From contig DATLOQ010000119.1 in assembly GCA_035536235.1 (NCBI GenBank), forward strand, positions 9-64,008: a stretch of DNA of 64,000 nucleotides, given 5' to 3'. A program made the position numbers and the translations under genes. Below the pieces are notes generated by a model. It was not told where the DNA came from and did not search any database. It saw nothing but the letters and a program-made list of their open reading frames with translations. Origin of the DNA: Mycobacteriales bacterium (GTDB lineage Bacteria; Actinomycetota; Actinomycetes; BP-191). Shown piece by piece: positions 57,383-64,000 of the stretch; within the stretch, counting starts at the first letter, position 1, and the number at the start of each line of letters is the position of its first letter.

Positions 57383-58456
57383 GTGGAGAATCGGCCCATG
57401 GTTGTCGTCATGAGCACCGATGCGTCGAGCGCTGACATCGACGCCGTCGTCGCGGTGGTTCAGGCCGCGGGCGGTGACGCCTTCGTATCCCGAGGGGTGT
57501 CCCGCACGATCGTCGGCCTCGTCGGCGACATCGAGCACTTCTCGAGCCTCAACCTCGCCGCTCTGCCCAACGTCGTCGACGTCCTGCGCATCTCCCGGCC
57601 CTACAAGCTCGTCTCGCGGGAGAGCCACGCCGAACCGTCCACGGTCGTCGTCGGAGGCGTGCCGATCGGTCCGCAGCACTTCACCCTGATCGCCGGTCCC
57701 TGCGCAGTGGAGACAGCTGAGCAGACACTCGAAGCAGCGCAGATGGCGAAGCGGGCGGGGGCGCAGCTGCTGCGCGGTGGGGCCTTCAAGCCGCGCACAT
57801 CGCCGTACGCTTTCCAGGGCCTCGGGGAGGCCGGCCTGAAGATCCTCGCGGACGTGCGAGCCGAGACCGGGATGCCGGTGGTCACCGAGGTCGTCGACGC
57901 CGCCGACGTGCCGCTCGTCGCGTCCTACGCCGACATGCTCCAGGTCGGCACTCGCAACATGGCTAACTTCTCCCTCCTGCAAGCCGTCGGCGAGTGCGGC
58001 AAGCCAGTGCTGCTCAAACGCGGGCTCCAGGCGACACTGGAGGAGTGGTTGATGGCCGGCGAGTACATCGCCCAGCGCGGAAACCTCTCGATCGTCTTCT
58101 GTGAGCGCGGGATCCGGACGTTCGAGACCGCCACCCGCAATACCCTGGACATCTCGGCGGTGCCGATGCTGCACATGCTGAGCCACCTGCCGGTCATCGT
58201 CGACCCGTCTCACGCCGCTGGTCGGCGCGACCTGGTCGTGCCGCTCGCCCGGGCGGCCATGGCAGCCGGCGCGGACGGGGTGATCGTCGACTGCCACCCG
58301 CACCCCGAGGCGGCACTGTGCGACGGACCGCAGGCCCTGGTGGCCAGCGACCTCGCCGAGCTCGCCGAGGCAGCCCGCACCATTCCACCGCTCGTCGGTC
58401 GCACGTCAGCGAGCGGTGGGCGATTCGAGGGTGGCGACACCGAGCTCCGGTCGTAG
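57383..58456 (+). CDS. 3-deoxy-7-phosphoheptulonate synthase, class I-beta, with N-terminal regulatory domain
   Basis: DAHPS/KDO8PS family core (GPCAVE...KPRTSPY...) preceded by a ~80-aa ACT/FL-like extension. Confidence 0.8.
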   Translation: MENRPMVVVMSTDASSADIDAVVAVVQAAGGDAFVSRGVSRTIVGLVGDIEHFSSLNLAALPNVVDVLRISRPYKLVSRESHAEPSTVVVGGVPIGPQHFTLIAGPCAVETAEQTLEAAQMAKRAGAQLLRGGAFKPRTSPYAFQGLGEAGLKILADVRAETGMPVVTEVVDAADVPLVASYADMLQVGTRNMANFSLLQAVGECGKPVLLKRGLQATLEEWLMAGEYIAQRGNLSIVFCERGIRTFETATRNTLDISAVPMLHMLSHLPVIVDPSHAAGRRDLVVPLARAAMAAGADGVIVDCHPHPEAALCDGPQALVASDLAELAEAARTIPPLVGRTSASGGRFEGGDTELRS

Positions 58457-58490
58457 GACGATGCGGCTGGACGCGTCAGGAGGACCACCC

Positions 58491-59741
58491 GTGCGCAGCT
58501 CTGGTCGGCCGCTCATCAGCGCCGAGTCGTTCGAGGCCGTGGTCAGCGGCTATGCCGACCGGGTGCACGACGACGTACGCCGACTCGGAGCAACGCAGGC
58601 CGAGGCCGCCCAGATCGTCGAGATGAGCGCCCTCGACGTCCTCGACTCCGTCCATCGTGGCGAGTGCGCGGAAGTGAGCGCTGTCGTCGGGCAGTGGTTC
58701 AACCAGGCTCGCACGCTCGCCTGCCGCCTCGTCGAGGCCGACGACCAGCAGCGGCCACCTGACCCGGATGCGTCCTCGGAGGCCCCGGAGGGCCTGATCC
58801 GCGACACCGATCTGGACCTGGCCCTGCGACGCGGGCTGGCCGCCATGTCGTCACGGGACCGGGCCGCACTGCTGCTGCGAGACGCCTACGAGCTGCCCGA
58901 AGCCGCCACCGCCACGGCACTCGAGCTCGACATCGCCGCCACCCGCGCCCTCGTCACCCAGGCGCGTCGACACTTCGCTGAGGTCGTCGAGATGCGTACG
59001 CCGGCGGAGGTGCCGCTGCACCTGCGTGGGCTCGCCATCCTCGCGCTCCCGGACGGCGAACGCGACCTCATCCTCGACCGGGTGGCGGCCGCCGCGCAGT
59101 CTCGGCTGCCCTCCGACGGCGACCTGGCCACCCTCGCAGAAGTCGAGGACGACCCGGTATACGGCCCGTCGTGGGTCCTGGTGACCGTGAGCATCATCTG
59201 CGCCCTGCTCTTCGGCGCCTTGACCGGCATCGTGACCGCACCTGCCGGCCCGGGCTCGTTGAGCTCCGGCGGCAGCTTGCCGGAGCCGGTGACCCGATTC
59301 GACGTACGCGCCATCGACCCGGCCTTCCAGACCCCGACCAGCACCCCGGCCGCCACGCCGTCGCCATCCCTTTCGCCGTCAGCGCGCCCGACCCCGAGCC
59401 CGACCCCGAGCCCGACCCCGTCAGTCGCGGAGCCCAGTGCGAGCGCTAGCACTCCGCCGGCGGGTGCGGCGACGATCGCGCTGAGCCCGCAGCGCGGGCC
59501 CGACTGCACCATCGTGCGGGTGGTCGGCCGCAACTTCCCGCCGGGAGCTGCGGCCACCGTGACCTACCTGGACCTCACCGGACGGCCGACGGCCTCTGGC
59601 GGAGAGGGCGCGGTCGGGCCTGATGGCCGCTTCGAGGTGGAGTTCGCCGCCTGCGACCCCAGCCGGCTGCCCGGACCTCACCAGGTCATCGGAGCTGCGG
59701 GTGACCGAGAGGATCGCGCCACCTTCACCGCGACGGCGTGA
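58491..59741 (+). CDS. single-chain ECF sigma factor (sigma-2 + sigma-4) fused to an anti-sigma-like TM segment, Pro/Thr/Ser-rich linker and ~90-aa extracytoplasmic beta-rich (IPT/TIG-like) domain
   Basis: Sigma-2-like FEAVVSGYADRVHDDVRRL...AEAAQIVEMSALDVL...VGQWFNQARTLACRL; sigma-4-like SSRDRAALLLRDAYELPEAATATALELDIAATRALVTQARRHF; TM helix WVLVTVSIICALLFGALTGIVTA; PT linker TPTSTPAATPSPSLSPSARPTPSPTPSPTPS. GTG 58491 with an AGGAGG ribosome-binding site. Confidence 0.5.
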   Translation: MRSSGRPLISAESFEAVVSGYADRVHDDVRRLGATQAEAAQIVEMSALDVLDSVHRGECAEVSAVVGQWFNQARTLACRLVEADDQQRPPDPDASSEAPEGLIRDTDLDLALRRGLAAMSSRDRAALLLRDAYELPEAATATALELDIAATRALVTQARRHFAEVVEMRTPAEVPLHLRGLAILALPDGERDLILDRVAAAAQSRLPSDGDLATLAEVEDDPVYGPSWVLVTVSIICALLFGALTGIVTAPAGPGSLSSGGSLPEPVTRFDVRAIDPAFQTPTSTPAATPSPSLSPSARPTPSPTPSPTPSVAEPSASASTPPAGAATIALSPQRGPDCTIVRVVGRNFPPGAAATVTYLDLTGRPTASGGEGAVGPDGRFEVEFAACDPSRLPGPHQVIGAAGDREDRATFTATA

Positions 59742-59840
59742 CCGCCGCAATGCGTCACCGCGACGGCGTGACCGCCGCACTACGTCACTGCGACGGCGTG
59801 ACCGCCGCACTACGTCACTGCGACGGCGTGACCGCCGCAC
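59731..59840. repeat. 3.7 tandem copies of a 30-bp unit CGACGGCGTGACCGCCGCACTACGTCACTG
   Basis: Read directly: copies at 59731-59760 (variant ...CAATGCGTCACCG), 59761-59790, 59791-59820, and a 20-nt partial at 59821-59840. The first copy contains the stop of the sigma-fusion gene; the last copy encodes the C-terminus and stop of aroG on the other strand. Confidence 0.8.
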
Positions 59841-61206
59841 GGCGCTGCTGCAGCATCTCGGCCACGAGGAACGCCAGCTCGAGGCTCTGGCTCGTGTTCA
59901 GCCGCGGGTCGCAGGCCGTCTCGTAGCGGCTGGCCAGCTGGTGCGGCGCCACTTCTTCTGCCCCGCCCAGGCACTCGGTGACGTCTTCTCCGGTGAGCTC
60001 GACATGGATGCCGCCAGGCCAGGTGCCCAGCGCTGCGTGCACCTCGAAGAACCCGCGGCACTCATCGAGGATCGCGTCGAAGTGCCGCGTCTTGAAGGTG
60101 CCGGAGGAATACGTGTTGCCGTGCATCGGGTCACAGGCCCACACCACCGGATGCCCGGCGTCGCGGACCGCAGTGACCAGCGGCGGCAGCAGATCCCGCA
60201 CCCGCTCGGCGCCCATCCGGGAGATGAGCGTCAGCCGACCCGGGATGCGGCTCGGGTTCAGCGCGTCGGCCAGCGCGACAGCCTCCGCGCCGGTCGCCTC
60301 CGGACCGAGCTTGACCCCCAGCGGGTTGATGACGCCGCGCAGCAGGCCGACGTGGGCGCCGTCGATCCGCCGGGTCCGCTCCCCCAACCACAGCATGTGA
60401 CCCGAGCAGTCCACCCAGTCGCCGCTGGCGTCCTCCCGCCGGACCAGCGGCGCTTCGTAGTCGAGCAGCAGCGCCTCGTGCGAGGCGTACAGCTCCACCT
60501 CGTGCGCCATCTCAAAACGATCGAGGTCGATGCCGCAGGCCCGCATGAAGTCGAGTGCCTGCTCGATCGACGATGCCAGTGCCTCATAGCGCTGGCCGGC
60601 CGGACTGCGGCGGACGAAGTCCTGGTTCCACTCGTGCACCTTGCGCAGGTCCGCGAAGCCGCCGGTGGCGAAAGCCCGGACCAGGTTGAGCGTCGCTGCT
60701 GACTGGTGGTAGCTCTGCAGCAGCCGTCTGGGATCAGGCCGGCGCGCGTCTGGAGTGGCGGCGATGTCGTTGACTGCGTCGCCGCGGTAGGAGGGCAGCG
60801 GGACGCCATCGACCGCCTCGACGTCGGAGCTGCGTGGCTTGGCGAACTGCCCAGCGATCCGCCCCACCTTCACGACCGGCACCGCGGCGCCGTACGTCAG
60901 CACGATGGCCATCTGCAGCAGCGTCTTGAGCTTGTCCCTGATGCCATCAGCGGACAGCGCAGCGAACGTCTCGGCGCAGTCGCCGCCCTGCAGCAGGAAC
61001 GCCTCACCCCGGGCCACCGCCGCGAGCCGGCTCTGCAGGGTGCGGCACTCCCCGGCGAAGACGAGGGGCGGCATCCGGCGCAGCTCCGCTGTGGCGGTGC
61101 CGAGCGCGTCGGCGTCAGGCCACTGCGGCTGCTGCGCGGCGGGCAGCGCGCGCCAGGAGTCGTCGTACGTCGCAGTCACGACACTCAGCCTATGGCGGGC
61201 CGTCAC
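59815..61206 (-). CDS. aroG: 3-deoxy-7-phosphoheptulonate synthase, class II (Rv2178c-type)
   Basis: 463-aa class II DAHPS similarity throughout (KPRSS, GHMLWLGERTR, WACDPMHGNT). Confidence 0.9.
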   Translation of the reverse strand: MTARHRLSVVTATYDDSWRALPAAQQPQWPDADALGTATAELRRMPPLVFAGECRTLQSRLAAVARGEAFLLQGGDCAETFAALSADGIRDKLKTLLQMAIVLTYGAAVPVVKVGRIAGQFAKPRSSDVEAVDGVPLPSYRGDAVNDIAATPDARRPDPRRLLQSYHQSAATLNLVRAFATGGFADLRKVHEWNQDFVRRSPAGQRYEALASSIEQALDFMRACGIDLDRFEMAHEVELYASHEALLLDYEAPLVRREDASGDWVDCSGHMLWLGERTRRIDGAHVGLLRGVINPLGVKLGPEATGAEAVALADALNPSRIPGRLTLISRMGAERVRDLLPPLVTAVRDAGHPVVWACDPMHGNTYSSGTFKTRHFDAILDECRGFFEVHAALGTWPGGIHVELTGEDVTECLGGAEEVAPHQLASRYETACDPRLNTSQSLELAFLVAEMLQQRRAAVTPSQ

Positions 61207-61244
61207 CTGTCAGGTGGGGAGCGGCGTGCCCCAACGTGCCGAGC

Positions 61245-62273
61245 TCAGCCGAAGAAGACCTGCGCCTCGGCGTAGAGCTCCGGCGGCACGGTCTTGAGCG
61301 TGCCCACCGCGTCCGCCAGGGGGACCAGCTCGATGGCCGTGCCGCGCAGCGCGGTCATCGTTCCCCACGCCTGCTGCTGCACGGCGTCGATGGCACGCAG
61401 CCCGAACCTCGTGGCCAGCACCCGGTCGTACGCCGTCGGCGTACCGCCGCGCTGGATGTGCCCCAGCACCGTCGCGCGAGCGTCCTTGCCGGTGCGTCCG
61501 CGGATCTCCTCCTCCAGCCGCTGACCGATGCCGGCGAGGCGGACGTGACCGAAGGCGTCCGTCTCGCCCTCCTTCACCGCCATGGTGCCCTCCCGGGGCA
61601 GCGCCCCCTCTGCCACGACGACTATCGGGGCGTAGCGGGTCTGGAAGCGGTGCTCGATGTGCCGGCACACCTCCTCGATGTCGAAGGGCCGTTCTGGGAT
61701 GAGGATCACGTTGGCCCCGCCGGCCAGCCCGCTGTGCAGCGCGATCCACCCCGCGTGGCGGCCCATGACCTCGACGATCAGCACCCGGTGGTGGCTCTCA
61801 GCGGTCGTGTGCAGCCGGTCGATCGCGTCGGTCGCGATCTGCACCGCGGTGTCGAAGCCGAAGGTGTAGTCCGTGGCGTTGAGGTCGTTGTCGATCGTCT
61901 TCGGCACGCCGACGACGTGCACCCCCTCAGCATGCAGCTTGTCGGCCACGCCGAGGGTGTCCTCACCGCCGATCGCGATGAGCGCGTCGATGCCAATCTC
62001 ACTGAGCGTCGTCTTGATGCGCTCGACGCCGCCCTCGACCTTGAACGGGTTGGTTCGCGAGGAGCCGAGGATGGTCCCACCGCGCGGCAGGATGCCGCGT
62101 ACGTCGGGCACGCTGAGCTCGGTGTAGTCAGACTCCAGCGGCCCGCGCCAGCCATCGCGAAAACCGATGAAGTCGTGACCGAAGTCCTGCACGCCCTTGC
62201 GCACGACGGCGCGGATCACCGCGTTGAGGCCAGGGCAATCACCCCCGCCGGTCAAGACACCGATGCGGCTCAT
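61245..62273 (-). CDS. pfkA: 6-phosphofructokinase
   Basis: GGDGS-type motif (LTGGGDCPGLN), substrate-binding MGR and other PFK motifs. Confidence 0.9.
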   Translation of the reverse strand: MSRIGVLTGGGDCPGLNAVIRAVVRKGVQDFGHDFIGFRDGWRGPLESDYTELSVPDVRGILPRGGTILGSSRTNPFKVEGGVERIKTTLSEIGIDALIAIGGEDTLGVADKLHAEGVHVVGVPKTIDNDLNATDYTFGFDTAVQIATDAIDRLHTTAESHHRVLIVEVMGRHAGWIALHSGLAGGANVILIPERPFDIEEVCRHIEHRFQTRYAPIVVVAEGALPREGTMAVKEGETDAFGHVRLAGIGQRLEEEIRGRTGKDARATVLGHIQRGGTPTAYDRVLATRFGLRAIDAVQQQAWGTMTALRGTAIELVPLADAVGTLKTVPPELYAEAQVFFG

Positions 62274-62322
62274 GACACCTCTTCCTCCGACGGCTCCGTC
62301 GTCTAGACGACGGCACCGTACG

Positions 62323-62751
62323 TCAGGAGACGGTCAGCGTGCCCTTCATCGTCGACGGGTGGATGGTGCAGACGTAGGTGAAGTCGCCGGCCTTGTCCGG
62401 AGTGAACGAGAACGACTTCGATTCGCCGTCCTTGAGCACCATCGTGTCCTCCGGCTTCACGCCGAAGTCCTGAAACTCGATGTTGTGCGGCACCGATCCG
62501 ACCTGGGTCAGCGTGCCCTCGACCTTCTCGCCGACCTTCGCGGACAGCGAGGCGGGCTCGAAGACGAGTGCCTCGGTGGCTTTGATCGCGAAGGTCGAAC
62601 TCCCCGCCGGCGCGCCGGCGCCCATGTCGTCTGGCTGGCTCGCGGAGCCCGAGCCGGTGCCTTCGGACCCAGCGTCATCCGAGCTGCCGCCACAGGCGAC
62701 AAGAGCAACGAGGGAAAGACTGACGGCGCCGAGGCGCACAAAGCGGGTCAC
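62323..62751 (-). CDS. cupredoxin (blue copper) domain lipoprotein
   Basis: Lipobox LVACGGSS; type-1 copper ligand pattern H...C-x2-H-x4-M (VPHNIEF ... YVCTIHPSTM). Confidence 0.65.
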   Translation of the reverse strand: MTRFVRLGAVSLSLVALVACGGSSDDAGSEGTGSGSASQPDDMGAGAPAGSSTFAIKATEALVFEPASLSAKVGEKVEGTLTQVGSVPHNIEFQDFGVKPEDTMVLKDGESKSFSFTPDKAGDFTYVCTIHPSTMKGTLTVS

Positions 62752-62885
62752 GGGAGAGATCTCCTAAGAGGTGTGTTGTCCGGAGGCGCAAGATGCGTCC
62801 CTCAAGGTTCGATACTGCGCCTACTGCCGGATGTGCCCCGATCGGGCCCACTCAAGCCTGCACCCGAATCCGTCGACGGGACAAG

Positions 62886-64000
62886 GTGACGTCTGTTCGC
62901 CGCCCACTGTGCTCCCTCACGGCTGCCACGGCGGTCCTGGTGCTGACCGCTGGGCTGGCTCCATCGTCCGCTGCTACCGCGGGCCCCACCAACATGGGAC
63001 GCCCGCACTCTCGGCGTACGGCGGCCGGGCTCTCGCGCGCGGCCCCCGGCGCTTCGGCCACCGCTGAGCTGACCCGGCTGCGAGCTGAGCTCGCCGCAGC
63101 AGCGGCCGAGGCCGAGCAGCTGGCAGAGGACGTCTTCGTCGCCGCTGCCCGCTCGGCGCACCTGCGCCGGGCGATGGATGACCTCGCTGAGTCTCAGGAG
63201 GCCGCGCGCGACCATCTCGACGACCGCATCCGGTCTCTCTACATGCGGGGGCGCGCGGACCCGATCGCTGCGTTCATCGGTCGCCTCAACAACCCGGACT
63301 CGAGCTACCTGGCGCGGCGCAGTGGGCTCTCCGCCCTGCGTACCGATGCTGAGCTCGTCGCCGGGGTGACGGCGGAGTCGGCAGCGGCCGCGCACCTGCG
63401 TCGGCAAGCGGAGACGGTGCGGCAGGATCTGCTGGCCCGCGCCCAACCGGTGCTCGCGGCCCAGGACAGAGCCCGGACCCTCCTCGCCGCTGCCGAGGCC
63501 GCTGCCGAGGCCGCTGCGGCTTCTGCTGCTGCCGCTGATGCAGCGGCCGCGGCGGCAGCGAAGGCAGAGCTCGCCGCTCAGCGGACCAGCTTGGACGCGG
63601 TGTCTCGCTCGCTCTCAATGGCAGTGGCGCCAGCGGTCACCGCCCGCGGCCGCCGAGCTGCGGCCGCTGAGCGCCCGGTGGTCGCGCTGATCGAGAAGCA
63701 CTGCTGCGCCGCGCCACCGCCGGGCTTCCGCAGCACCGGCCGCACCATCACCGGCATCGCGTCGTGGTACGGACCGGGCTTCGTCGGCAACCCCACGGCC
63801 ACCGGTGCGCCGTACGACCCAGAGCGGCTGACCGCCGCCATGCTCGCGGTGCCGTTAGGCACCGTCGTGCGGGTCACCACCGACGACGGCCTCGCGGTCG
63901 TCGTCCTGGTCAACGACAGAGGCCCGTACGTCGACGGCCGGGTCATAGATCTCTCCCGCGCGGGGTCGCGCCTGCTCGGCTTCACCGGCGTCAAGAAGGT
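62886..64000 (+). CDS. RlpA-like double-psi beta-barrel (DPBB) lytic transglycosylase with N-terminal signal peptide and long Ala-rich coiled-coil; 3' partial (runs off window)
   Basis: My own translation from GTG 62886: VTSVRRPLCSLTAATAVLVLTAGLAPSSAATA..., ending GIASWYGPGFVGNPTATGAPYDPERLTAAMLAVPLGTVVRVTTDDGLAVVVLVNDRGPYVDGRVIDLSRAGSRLLG (RlpA/DPBB signature). Not in the ORF track because there is no stop within the window. Confidence 0.7.
   Translation, partial: MTSVRRPLCSLTAATAVLVLTAGLAPSSAATAGPTNMGRPHSRRTAAGLSRAAPGASATAELTRLRAELAAAAAEAEQLAEDVFVAAARSAHLRRAMDDLAESQEAARDHLDDRIRSLYMRGRADPIAAFIGRLNNPDSSYLARRSGLSALRTDAELVAGVTAESAAAAHLRRQAETVRQDLLARAQPVLAAQDRARTLLAAAEAAAEAAAASAAAADAAAAAAAKAELAAQRTSLDAVSRSLSMAVAPAVTARGRRAAAAERPVVALIEKHCCAAPPPGFRSTGRTITGIASWYGPGFVGNPTATGAPYDPERLTAAMLAVPLGTVVRVTTDDGLAVVVLVNDRGPYVDGRVIDLSRAGSRLLGFTGVKK

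Noticed and set aside
59731-59840. Possible CRISPR array
   Set aside because: The 30-bp units are directly tandem with no intervening unique spacers; it is a simple tandem repeat.

Overview
High-GC (about 70%) actinobacterial chromosomal window, densely coded on both strands. The backbone is syntenic with two Mycobacterium tuberculosis neighbourhoods. The first is the coproporphyrin-dependent heme block with RNase D (hemQ partial, hemY, hemH, hemE, DUF3000, rnd; compare Rv2676c-Rv2681), followed by fadA-fadB. The second is metF-idsA2 ... Rv2175c-like ... pknL-like PASTA kinase ... class II aroG (compare Rv2172c-Rv2178c). Accessory material is inserted into this backbone. (1) A carotenoid pathway split into three sub-clusters: crtA-like/crtO/cruF/GT2/crtD-like; crtE(idsA)...crtI...crtB; and GT2/crtYd/crtYc. 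Together they predict a monocyclic keto-carotenoid glycoside. (2) Three secreted hydrolases with C-terminal sortase-type sorting signals (two LPATG, one MPATG), a fourth BNR protein, an M64 peptidase and a CocE/NonD hydrolase. (3) A thiG-thiH-(Rv2175c-like)-thiS-thiE operon behind a TPP riboswitch. (4) A GAF-type membrane protein translationally coupled to a NarL-class histidine kinase, with a divergent LuxR response regulator. (5) A single-chain ECF sigma / anti-sigma-like transmembrane fusion. (6) Several striking non-coding structures: an inverted-repeat-flanked AbiEi/DUF559 gene inserted between crtI and crtB, a 30-bp tandem repeat array shared by two convergent gene ends, and a triple 15-bp motif array with a perfect hairpin between hemE and hemH. 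The many very long antisense ORFs in the track are high-GC artefacts.
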